From an uncultured delta proteobacterium (GTDB lineage Bacteria; Desulfobacterota; Binatia; UBA9968): DNA of 64,000 bases. Positions 1 through 8,663 of this stretch are shown one piece after another. Location: contig CAVXEP010000002.1 of NCBI GenBank assembly GCA_963760795.1, positions 32,001 through 96,000 of the forward strand. Direction: 5' to 3'. Below the pieces are notes generated by a model. That model did no database searches. It was given only the letters and a program-made list of their open reading frames with translations, and had not been told where the DNA came from. The position numbers and the translations under genes were made by a program. The number at the start of each line of letters is the position of its first letter. The first letter of the stretch is position 1.

Positions 1-884
1 CCCGGTCGGCGGGCACGCCCGGCGTCGTCGCCAGCGGCCGGCCGATGTAGTCCGGCGAAAGCAAGACCGTCGCCAAACGGCGCGTAACATCCGGGGCCTT
101 GCGTTTGTCCATCAATTCATGAAGCGTCGCGACGTCGGCAATCCGCGCCATCGCGCTTGGCGCCGCCGGTGATCAGCACCCGGGCAAAGCCGTTCTTCGC
201 CCAACTTTTGCTCGGCTCGCTGCCGAAGTAGCCTTCCAAACTGCCGGCGCGGCACTGCACTTCGTTCTTTTGAATCGCCAGATCGATTTCCGCCGCGCCG
301 GGATAGCCGAGGACGAGATTGAATTTCACCCCTAATCCTTCTTCAATCAAGCGCGGGAAGTAATGTCCCACTGTGCCCAGCGCCGTGGCGCCGCAGCGCG
401 GCCCCTCGGCGGCGCCGCGCAGGTCCTCGATGGTTTTAAACGGCGAGTCGCCGCGGATGTAAATAATCCGCTGGGTCTGTTCCGGCGAGCCGAGCCAAAC
501 AAACTTGGCCCAATCGAACTGCACTTCCTTGGCACCGATCAGTTGATTGAAAAAGAGCCCTGGGGTGAAAAAACCCATGGTCAAACCGTCCGGTTTGGCG
601 ACGCTATACAGATAATTCGCCGCCGTCAGGGAACCGGCGCCGGGCATGTTTTGGAGAATGATCTGCGGTTTGCCGGGAATATACTGGCTCATCGCTCGCG
701 ACAGCGCCCGCCCCCATAGATCGCTGATGCCGCCGGCGGAAAAACCGATGACCAGCCGAATGGTTTTGTCTTCGTAGAAGTTTCCCTGGGCGACGGCTGA
801 CCCACTCGTCAGTAAAAGCAAAGAAACCGCAAGTCGCGATGACCAGCGGTTTCTTCCAGCAGAATGAATATTCCAGATTGGCAT
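1..884 (-). CDS. Tripartite tricarboxylate transporter substrate-binding protein (TctC/Bug family); 1-bp frameshift near 149; runs off the window start
   Basis: Signal peptide; GFSAGGISD, NMPGAG and GYPGAAEI motifs. After KRD the shifted frame gives ARIADVATLHELMDKRK...IGRPL, matching the paralog at 14984-16013. Confidence 0.85.
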
Positions 885-910
885 TTTGCCTTTTAACTTT
901 TGCCTTGGAT

Positions 911-1882
911 CTATTGTCCCTTGAATTCCAACCGCGGATCCCAGGTGTGCAGCAGGCCCAGTTCATCGAGGGCTTCTTTCAAATATTTAAAATTATAGTA
1001 GTCGCTTACCGGTTTTTTCGGCAGCTTCCACTCGCTGGTGTAGAAGTCCACCTTGCGCTGATACGCCTCCAAGTCGAGCACCGGCCCCCACTCTTTGTGC
1101 ACTTCGTCATAAGCCAGCGTCGCCAACTCGCGGTTGATGAAATGATTGTGGCGCAAGATCGAATCGAGGGTTTCCTGCTTGCTGTGGCGCGCCACCATGA
1201 CTCCGCGCAAGAGCGCGCGAATCATGCCTTTGACCACCAACGGCTTCTCGGCGATGACCGCCGGCGAAGTGGAAAAGCCCGCCTCGGGGATCGAAAAAAG
1301 ATCGCGGCAGGACTGCAGCGCATGACCGCCCATCTGCACGGCGATGTTCCAGTGCGGTGGATCGCAGCACACCGCGTCGACTTCGCCGCGTTCGAACAGC
1401 CCCAGGCGAAAGCGTTCGGTGTTGGGCGGCTTGCCGCGGCTGTCGATCCACGTCACATCCTTTTCCGGATCGACGCCGAAGTGGCGCATGACCATCTTGG
1501 CGTCCATGCTCGACCCGCCTTTGAGGTCGCCGGCGATCTTTCTTCCTTTCAAGTCGCCTACATCTTTGACATAGGGCTTGGCGACGAAGACATGCGCCGT
1601 GCGGTTGGCGATCGACACGACGTTGACTTCGCCGTCGATATGATCGCGGTTTTCCAGCACCGAGCGAAACGGCGGCGAGCCGCCGGGCGATTGAAAGATT
1701 ATCGCGCCGTCTTTGCGCCATTGGTGGCGCGGGTGTTCGCTGTCTGGAATCCCTTGCACCGGCCGCAGATCGACATCCAAGCCTTCCTCTTTAAAAAATC
1801 CCTTGTCGTAGGCGACCCACATCGGCGCGATGTTAAGCGGCAAGGCCGGGCCGAACACCACGATTTTTTCATTGGAAATCAT
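911..1882 (-). CDS. NMT1/THI5/SsuA-like periplasmic-binding-fold protein with no signal peptide
   Basis: PMWVAYDKGFFKEEGLDVDL and DLKGRKIA motifs; no hydrophobic leader. Confidence 0.8.
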   Translation of the reverse strand: MISNEKIVVFGPALPLNIAPMWVAYDKGFFKEEGLDVDLRPVQGIPDSEHPRHQWRKDGAIIFQSPGGSPPFRSVLENRDHIDGEVNVVSIANRTAHVFVAKPYVKDVGDLKGRKIAGDLKGGSSMDAKMVMRHFGVDPEKDVTWIDSRGKPPNTERFRLGLFERGEVDAVCCDPPHWNIAVQMGGHALQSCRDLFSIPEAGFSTSPAVIAEKPLVVKGMIRALLRGVMVARHSKQETLDSILRHNHFINRELATLAYDEVHKEWGPVLDLEAYQRKVDFYTSEWKLPKKPVSDYYNFKYLKEALDELGLLHTWDPRLEFKGQ

Positions 1883-2058
1883 TCACACGCTCCTTGCCAA
1901 GATCGATAAGATGATCGATGAAATGCTCGCTAAGCCCAGCGAACACTCTCAATCGTTTACAGGCGTGCGCCGGCAAGGTCAAGCCTCTCGCGTTGACTCT
2001 AGGCAACCGGAGTGTTACCCCCGTTGCAATCATAATTGCCCTGGAAAAGGATTTGACA

Positions 2059-3102
2059 ATGTACTTGCTCGCCGCGCTGGTCACGCTCTCTTTGTTTTGC
2101 CAACAGGCCACCGTTCACGGCGCCGAGACCAAAGCGAAAGAGCTGTTGAAGCTGCGCGTGGGTCTCGCCTCCTCCCCCGTGCCGCCGCTGCCCAATTCGG
2201 TTAATTGGTTGGCCAAAGACCTGGGCTTCTATCAGCGCGAAGGACTCGAAGTCGAATTGATCGAATTGCAGGGGACGCCGCTGGCGGTGGCCGCGATGAT
2301 ATCCGGCGACATCGATGTCGGCAACATCGCAACCTCCGAAGCGATTCGCCTGACCGCGGCCAAAGCCCAACCCCTGCGCGCGATTCACTCGCCCGACGCG
2401 CGGCTTTATTTTCTTGTCGCCGCGCGCGACGAGATCAAATCGGCTCAGGATCTGCACGGTAAATCTTTCGCCGTGGCGCGCCTCGGAAGCGTCGATCACA
2501 CCCTATCGATGGCCGCGCTCAAGGGGCTCGGCGTGAACACCGCTAACCTGACGGTTCTCGCCATGGGCGTGCCGTCGATCCGTGCCCAGGCTCTGGTGGC
2601 CGGCCGCGTCGACGCGACGACAATGTCGGTGGGCACCTGGGCGACGATTCAACGCGAAGCCGGGGTCAAAGTGTTGATCGATCAAAACCTATTTTTCGAA
2701 AACGCCACCGTAGTGGAAAAGGTCAACGCGGCAACGGCCAAAGTCATCGAGGAAAAGTCCGAGCAGCTGCGCCGCTTCACCGCGGCGATCATAAAAACCA
2801 GCCGCCACTTCGCCGACAACCAAGAGGCCTGGGTCAACGCCATCACCAAGCGCCGGCCCAAGCTCGACCGCAAAGACGCGGCGAATTTATGGACGGGCTT
2901 TAAAACCGCCTGGGCGGTCAACGGCTTGATGAATCTCGAGCAGTACAGAAAAACCGCCGAGTTCAACTACCAAACAGCGTCATTCGAGAAAGTTCCCAAG
3001 ATCGACGTCATCGAATGGACCGACACCCGTTTCGTCGACGACGTGCTCAAAGAGATTGGCGTAAACCAGAAATTCGACCCGCCGGGCCGGACAATCCGTT
3101 AA
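2059..3102 (+). CDS. ABC substrate-binding protein, NMT1/SsuA/TauA-like
   Basis: Signal peptide; AKDLGFYQREGLEVEL and DLHGKSFAV motifs. Confidence 0.85.
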   Translation: MYLLAALVTLSLFCQQATVHGAETKAKELLKLRVGLASSPVPPLPNSVNWLAKDLGFYQREGLEVELIELQGTPLAVAAMISGDIDVGNIATSEAIRLTAAKAQPLRAIHSPDARLYFLVAARDEIKSAQDLHGKSFAVARLGSVDHTLSMAALKGLGVNTANLTVLAMGVPSIRAQALVAGRVDATTMSVGTWATIQREAGVKVLIDQNLFFENATVVEKVNAATAKVIEEKSEQLRRFTAAIIKTSRHFADNQEAWVNAITKRRPKLDRKDAANLWTGFKTAWAVNGLMNLEQYRKTAEFNYQTASFEKVPKIDVIEWTDTRFVDDVLKEIGVNQKFDPPGRTIR

Positions 3103-3180
3103 CGAGGTCGAAGAACCAGAATAGCCGTTTAGCACTGAATCACCTACATCAGACAGACCACGCCCGATCCAAAACCGATT

Positions 3181-3212
3181 CGAACGTTTGGAACGTTTTG
3201 AACGGCTTGAAC
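3181..3212. repeat. 9-bp-period TTGAAC/TGGAAC repeat (family A)
   Basis: gaacgtttggaacgttttgaacggcttgaacc between convergent stop codons. Confidence 0.75.
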
Positions 3213-3216
3213 CTTG

Positions 3217-4566
3217 TTATTCTAGCGCCGGCACGGTCACCGACTCGCGTGCGCCTTCGACCCAATCGACATTATCCGGAATCACCACGGCGCTGCCGCG
3301 CACGCGATAGACGCTCGCCTCGCGCGCGCCGGTGGGCATCCTGTGGTGATCGCGCCACGCCTGAGCCGCTTGCAACAGCATCAAGCGCGCTTTGATGACG
3401 GTCAGGTCGCCGGCGCAGAGATTCTCTTTGGTGCGGTCGAGGATCGGCGCCGGCCCTTCATTCTCGGTCACGCAGACATCTTGCAGGTTCACTCCGGCGA
3501 TGCCGAAGCGCCGGGTTTTATGCAACTCCCAGTTCATCAAGTAATCGTTGGCCTTGTTGGCCTTCATGCGGATATGTCCAAATGGCACGGAATTAGTCGG
3601 CGCATCGTAGGCTTCTTCGGCGAAGACGCCGCGCAGGGTTTCTTTGGAGGACCCTTTGACGCTCTTGTTAGGAAACCATTTGATCTGCCATTTGACGCAG
3701 CTCTCATCGTCGACCGGAATGTAGGCGCGCGCCTGCTTCTGATCGCCGCCCGGCGGCATGGTGTAAAAGGGCATGATGAATTGATTGACCCGCCACAAGC
3801 TCTTGCCATCCCCCGCCGACCGCTTGGCGCCGTAGGTAAAACCGCCCGGCGTGTCGGCGATCGCCACGTCCATTGGCGTGCGCGCACCGGAGCGCTGCGC
3901 CACTTTGTGCTGGTCCGGCTGGTGCGCGGCCGTCAACTCTTCATCGGCCAGATCGTAGGGCGAGTGCAACCACATGACGTGAGTCGGATCGATCCCGCCT
4001 TCGAGCACTTGCAAGTAATTGCACTCCTGAAAGAACAAACGATATTGCCGGTCCTCGTCGCCGACCCGGAGAAACTCCAGATCCGGCAGCTCGGGCACCT
4101 CTTGCCCGCGCCCCATGTAGGTCCAGATGATACCGCCGCGTTCGACGCATGGATAAGCCGGATGATGAATGCGCTCGGTGAACGCCAGCTCGGCAGGAAT
4201 GTTCGGCATCTCCAGACATTTTCCAACCGGAGCAAACTTCCAGCCGTGATAAATGCAGCGCAGGCCGTCTTCCTCGACCCGGCCGTAAAACAGCGGCGCC
4301 AACCGGTGTGGGCAAAAGGAACCGATCAAACCGAGCTGGCCGTTCTTGGCGCGAAACAATACCAAATCCTCACCGAGCAATTTGATCCGCACCGGCCGCC
4401 CGCCGGGCTCCTGCACATCCGCCGCCGGGGTCACGGGTATCCAGTACTGGCGGAACAGATTGCCCATCAACGATCCGGGGCCAACTCGGGTCAGCGCGTC
4501 ATTTTCTTCGCTGGTAAAGTTGTGAATCGCCTCTCCCCCGGCTTGATACATGCTCTCGGCTTTCAT
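3217..4566 (-). CDS. Rieske non-heme iron oxygenase (phthalate 4,5-dioxygenase/LigX-like)
   Basis: CPH...CIYH Rieske motif; DPTHVMWLH mononuclear iron motif; LTRVGPGSLMGNLFRQYW N-terminus. Confidence 0.88.
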   Translation of the reverse strand: MKAESMYQAGGEAIHNFTSEENDALTRVGPGSLMGNLFRQYWIPVTPAADVQEPGGRPVRIKLLGEDLVLFRAKNGQLGLIGSFCPHRLAPLFYGRVEEDGLRCIYHGWKFAPVGKCLEMPNIPAELAFTERIHHPAYPCVERGGIIWTYMGRGQEVPELPDLEFLRVGDEDRQYRLFFQECNYLQVLEGGIDPTHVMWLHSPYDLADEELTAAHQPDQHKVAQRSGARTPMDVAIADTPGGFTYGAKRSAGDGKSLWRVNQFIMPFYTMPPGGDQKQARAYIPVDDESCVKWQIKWFPNKSVKGSSKETLRGVFAEEAYDAPTNSVPFGHIRMKANKANDYLMNWELHKTRRFGIAGVNLQDVCVTENEGPAPILDRTKENLCAGDLTVIKARLMLLQAAQAWRDHHRMPTGAREASVYRVRGSAVVIPDNVDWVEGARESVTVPALE

Positions 4567-4671
4567 CGGCGTCTCCTCTGCCGCGAGATTCCCTTAATCC
4601 CTCGCAGCTGTCAAACTTCGGCGCCACGATGGCAAAATCTCCGTGACCCGGGTCCGATCCGATCCTGACGA

Positions 4672-4707
4672 TTTGAACGGTTTGAACGGCTTCAACATTT
4701 TGAACGA
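4672..4707. repeat. Family A 9-bp-period repeat
   Basis: tttgaacggtttgaacggcttcaacattttgaacg. Confidence 0.75.
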
Positions 4708-4795
4708 GTTATCCTCGAACTTGACAGTAAAATAATGAAGTGGAATGGTGACTGCGCGATCAATCACCATTCTAAATGCTCAGGAGGGATCTCTC

Positions 4796-5872
4796 ATGAT
4801 TGGCTTGTCCCACGGCGGCACGACTATCTATTCATCTCCGACACCATCAAATCGAATGCTCGTCGGCACCCGCGAAGGCGCGGTCACCCTCGAACGTGAC
4901 GCGCCGGGTACGGAGTGGCGCATCGGCCAGCGCGCCGTCACCGACAAACATATCAGCGCGATCATGAAAGAACCGGAGAGCGGCCTGGTCTTCGCCGGGG
5001 CGTTTCACGGCGGCGTCATGGTCAGCGCCGACGAGGGCAAAAGCTGGGAAGCGCGCAACAATGGCATGACGCAGAACAATGTCTACTCGCTGGCAGCGAA
5101 AAATATCAACGGCCATGTGCGCCTGTTCGCCGGCACCGAGCCGGCGCATCTCTTCGTCAGCGAAGACTTGGGTCTCAACTGGCGCGAGCTGCCCGCTCTG
5201 CGTTCCGTGCCGAGCGTGCCCAAGTGGAGCTTCCCGGCGCCGCCCCATGTCGGCCATGTCAAACATATCAATTTCGATGCCGACAACCCGAATACGATCT
5301 ATGCGTCGGTCGAAGTCGGCGGCTTGTTGCGCAGCACCGACGGCGGCGAGAGTTGGGACGAATTTCCCGGCCTCTACGAAGACGTGCACCGCTTGATGAT
5401 TCATCCCGCCGACACGAGCTTTTTATACGCCGTCACCGGCCGCGGCCTCTACACCGGGCCGGAGCGCGGCGCGCGCTGGGAGCAGTGGACCAAAAGAGAA
5501 GACGAAATCGGCGGCTACCCCGACGGCTTCGTATTCCGCCCCAGCGATCCGAAACTACTTTTCATGACCGCCGCCCACGATGCGCCGGGCACTTGGCGTA
5601 ACACCCACTTCGCCGGCGCGCGCATCTCGCGCAGCAAAGACGGCGGCCGCAGTTGGGAAATATTGAAGAACGGTCTCCCCGACCGGTTGCAAGCGAGCAT
5701 CGAAGCGTTCTGTCTTGAAGAAGCGGGATCATCCACCGAGATCTACGCCGCGACCACCGCCGGCGAAATCCTCTGCAGCGGCGACCTCGGCGACAGCTGG
5801 AAAGTCGTCGTCAAAGGATTAGCGCCGATTTCCAAGGCCGGACATTACCGCGCGCTGGTGCAAGCGGCTTAG
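4796..5872 (+). CDS. BNR/Asp-box beta-propeller protein (WD40/YVTN/BNR-like), probably cytoplasmic
   Basis: Repeated SxDxGxxW boxes (SADEGKSW, SEDLGLNW, STDGGESW, SKDGGRSW, SGDLGDSW); RBS aggagg. Confidence 0.82.
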   Translation: MIGLSHGGTTIYSSPTPSNRMLVGTREGAVTLERDAPGTEWRIGQRAVTDKHISAIMKEPESGLVFAGAFHGGVMVSADEGKSWEARNNGMTQNNVYSLAAKNINGHVRLFAGTEPAHLFVSEDLGLNWRELPALRSVPSVPKWSFPAPPHVGHVKHINFDADNPNTIYASVEVGGLLRSTDGGESWDEFPGLYEDVHRLMIHPADTSFLYAVTGRGLYTGPERGARWEQWTKREDEIGGYPDGFVFRPSDPKLLFMTAAHDAPGTWRNTHFAGARISRSKDGGRSWEILKNGLPDRLQASIEAFCLEEAGSSTEIYAATTAGEILCSGDLGDSWKVVVKGLAPISKAGHYRALVQAA

Positions 5873-5889
5873 TTCACGGGTGCAATTAA

Positions 5890-5969
5890 GTCGGGGCGAA
5901 AGATTTTTCGCCCCGACAATCCTATTTTGTGCCCTTTCGCGTTGCTTTGCGGCTAGTCTTCCGAATCTT
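5890..5969. repeat. REP-like palindrome plus a family C (CTTTGCG) repeat
   Basis: gtcggggcgaaa..ttttcgccccgac hairpin, then ttttgtgccctttcgcgttgctttgcggc and tccgaat. Confidence 0.7.
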
Positions 5970-5976
5970 AAATTTC

Positions 5977-6748
5977 TCAGGCCAGCTGGGGTCGGCCAGC
6001 CGTGATGCCGCCGTCGATGACGTAGACACCGCCGGTGATCTGCCGGGCTTTTTCCGAGGCAAGAAACAACGCCAACTCCGCCACGTCACTCGGTTCGCCG
6101 ATCCGGCCGAGAGGAATCTGCTTGGGCAAGTTCTTGATCTCGTGAGATGGGATCAACGGCGTGCGTGTCGCGCCGGGGCAGATGCAGTTCACCCGGATGC
6201 CGTAGGCGGCGAATTCCAGGGCGGTGGTTTTGGTCATCATCACCAGTGCGGCTTTCGACGCGCAGTAGGCCAAGCCGCCGGCGTAGCCAACCAGTCGCGG
6301 CGGTTGATGCGATGTTGATAATCGTCCCCTTGCTCCACTTGAGATGGGGCAAGCCATATTTGCTGCTGAGAAATGCCGCGCGCGCGTTGACCGCCATGAC
6401 ATCGTCCCACTGCGCCGCCGAAGCCTTGTCGATGGGCGCGAGTTTCTGAATGCCGGCGTTGTTGCACAGGACATCGATCCGGCCAAAACGTTGCACGGTG
6501 CGGCGGATCAGAGCGCGGATTTGAGACTCGCTACGCACATCGGCGAGAAAATAGACCGCGTCACCGCCCAGGGCCCGCAGTGTCGCCACAACCCGGTGCC
6601 CTTTGCGCCGGTCCAGACCGCCGATCGCCACGCGATAATCTGCTTCGACGAACTTGCGCGCGATCCCAAGACCGATGCCCGAATCCCCGCCGGTCACGAG
6701 GAGCACCGGCGGTCTGTTCAGATGTGATATCGGGTTATTTGCTATCAT
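5977..6748 (-). CDS. Short-chain dehydrogenase/reductase (frameshift near 6298)
   Basis: TGGDSGIG and NNAG in one frame; YCASK and GIRVNCICPG in the next frame. Confidence 0.85.
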
Positions 6749-6840
6749 GAGAATTGCCAAGTCGTCTCTCCGGCGGCTCGAACTTCGTCAACAAAAGTCC
6801 GCAGGTCGAGTGCCGCTTGCAAGCGCTGTTGGTTATTCAT
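6745..6840 (-). pseudogene. 31-aa remnant resembling a UbiD-family decarboxylase N-terminus
   Basis: RBS aagga plus MNNQQRLQAALDLRTFVDEVRAAGE; the stop overlaps the SDR start (ATGA). Confidence 0.45.
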
Positions 6841-7005
6841 CCTTGTGGTTGTTGCTCCACTGTAGGTCAAGATTGTGCTGCGTACGCTATCGATATTTAC
6901 TAGCATTCTCACCGGGCAGCCCACGCAAAATTTCGGATGATCTGGAATACCCGAAGGGGGATTGACTCCCGCCAAAACGTAAAGCACGCCAAGTGCGGAA
7001 TCGTT

Positions 7006-7120
7006 GTCATTTCGACCAGAGGGAGAAATCTCTCCTAGATCCGTCGCATTTGCTCGGGATCACGGGCACCAGTCCGTCGCCTTTGCGAGCTTAGCGCCTT
7101 TGCGGGAGATATTCCGACTT
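7006..7120. repeat. Composite intergenic repeat (GTCATTTCGAC...GAGAAATCT module plus CTTTGCG units)
   Basis: Similar to 24230-24320 and 55944-55993. Confidence 0.65.
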
Positions 7121-7196
7121 TCGCTTGCCGCTGTGCCGCGCTAGGTTCTTCGTGGTGGATAATCATCCACAACGACACGCTGAAGAACCAAACAAA

Positions 7197-8279
7197 CTAT
7201 CTGCCATTGGCGCCCAACCCGTAAAACCGGCGCGCGTTGCCACCGAGCACCGCCGCTTTGTCGGCGCTGTCGAGATCGCCGCGCGCGAGCAGCTGGTCGA
7301 TCTCATGACGGCATTTCTCGGCGTTGAAAACCTCGTGGGGAAAGTCGCTGCCAAAGACAAACGCGTCGCGCCCGGCTTTTTGCACGGCGAAGCCCAAGCC
7401 ATCGTCGTCGACATCGAAGCCGACATAGATACGTCCGTCGCGCATTTGCCGGCGCAGATAATCGCTCGCCTTCTCGCCCGGCTGCGGGCCGCCGACCGGT
7501 TGATCGTCGAAGTCCACTTGCAGGTGGCCGGGATGATAGGAACGGTCGAGGCGATCGAGGAAAAATGGCACCCAGGTCGAGCCGCCTTCGAGAAAGGCAA
7601 CGCGAATACCGGGAAACCGCTCGAAGATGCCATGGGCGAGCAGCCCGGCGGCTTGAATGGCGATGCCAAAAGGATGGCCCAGCGCGTGCACCGGATAGTA
7701 GGTGCTAAAACCGTCCATGCCGAGATGGTGCAGCGAACCGACATGCACCGCCAAGGCGCAGCCGAGCTTCTCCGCCTCCTCGTAGATCGGCCAATACATC
7801 TTGGCGCCGAGATGATCCTTGATGCCCTCGCCATTGGACGGCAGCATGCCGCCGAGCATGCCAAACTCCTTCACCGCGCGGCGCAATTCGAGGACGGCGG
7901 CGTCGACATCTTGGATTGGCAACAGCGCCATCCCCTTGAGCCGGGAATTTTTGCTGGTGAACTTTTCGTAGAGCCAGTTGTTGTAGGCGCGGCAAGCGGC
8001 GACCGCCCAGTGCGCCGAAACAAACCGGCCTACGGCGAGGCCAAACGTCGGATAGAGCACGCTGGACGAAATCCCGGTCTCGTCGAGAAAACGCACCCAC
8101 TCCTGCGGTCCGGGATTTTCCAGCCCGGCGCGATTGCCAGAGGGCCGCAGATAGTGAAAGTGCAGATGATCGAGCACCGGAAAGATCTGCGACGAACGAT
8201 TACCCGCCGGCATATATTTGGCGATCGCCTCTTGATCGGCGATATCGTTCACATGGCCGTCAGCGTCGATGATTTCCAT
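7197..8279 (-). CDS. Amidohydrolase family 2 protein
   Basis: IIDADGH, VLYPT, AYNNWL, FGSDFPH motifs. Confidence 0.88.
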   Translation of the reverse strand: MEIIDADGHVNDIADQEAIAKYMPAGNRSSQIFPVLDHLHFHYLRPSGNRAGLENPGPQEWVRFLDETGISSSVLYPTFGLAVGRFVSAHWAVAACRAYNNWLYEKFTSKNSRLKGMALLPIQDVDAAVLELRRAVKEFGMLGGMLPSNGEGIKDHLGAKMYWPIYEEAEKLGCALAVHVGSLHHLGMDGFSTYYPVHALGHPFGIAIQAAGLLAHGIFERFPGIRVAFLEGGSTWVPFFLDRLDRSYHPGHLQVDFDDQPVGGPQPGEKASDYLRRQMRDGRIYVGFDVDDDGLGFAVQKAGRDAFVFGSDFPHEVFNAEKCRHEIDQLLARGDLDSADKAAVLGGNARRFYGLGANGR

Positions 8280-8319
8280 GAAGTCTCCTAGTCTGCCCCG
8301 CATTAAGAAAGGGGCACAC

Positions 8320-8400
8320 TCACCACGAAGGACACGAAGCGCACGAAGTTCGGAATTTTATTAATCTGAACCCTTCGTGTCCTTCGTGCCTTCGTGGTGA
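8320..8400. repeat. Family B palindromic 9-bp-period repeat (CACGAAG x3 / CTTCGTG x3)
   Basis: caccacgaaggacacgaagcgcacgaagttcgga...cttcgtgtccttcgtgccttcgtggtga. Confidence 0.85.
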
Positions 8401-8663
8401 ATTCCTTTAGTGACCCAATGTACACCGGTCACCGAGCGGCTGAACAGGTTGCCGGCTCGATGATCGATGGCGCCGGCCATTTCTCCTCGGCCAGGACGAT
8501 GACCCAAGCTGTAAAACAGACTCGTTACAAGCACAAGAGCCGGCGCAGTTGCGCGCGCCTGTCTCCGGCGCCGACCTAAGCGCGAGACGCGCTGTCGCAA
8601 CGCGATCCAGTTCCCGTCTCCTCGATTGAAGGCGCGAAAATTACATGGTAGACGAAACGGACT

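Noticed and set aside
8394-8660. Small ORF or riboswitch upstream of hydantoinase A
   Set aside because: No recognisable aptamer, RBS or protein motif.
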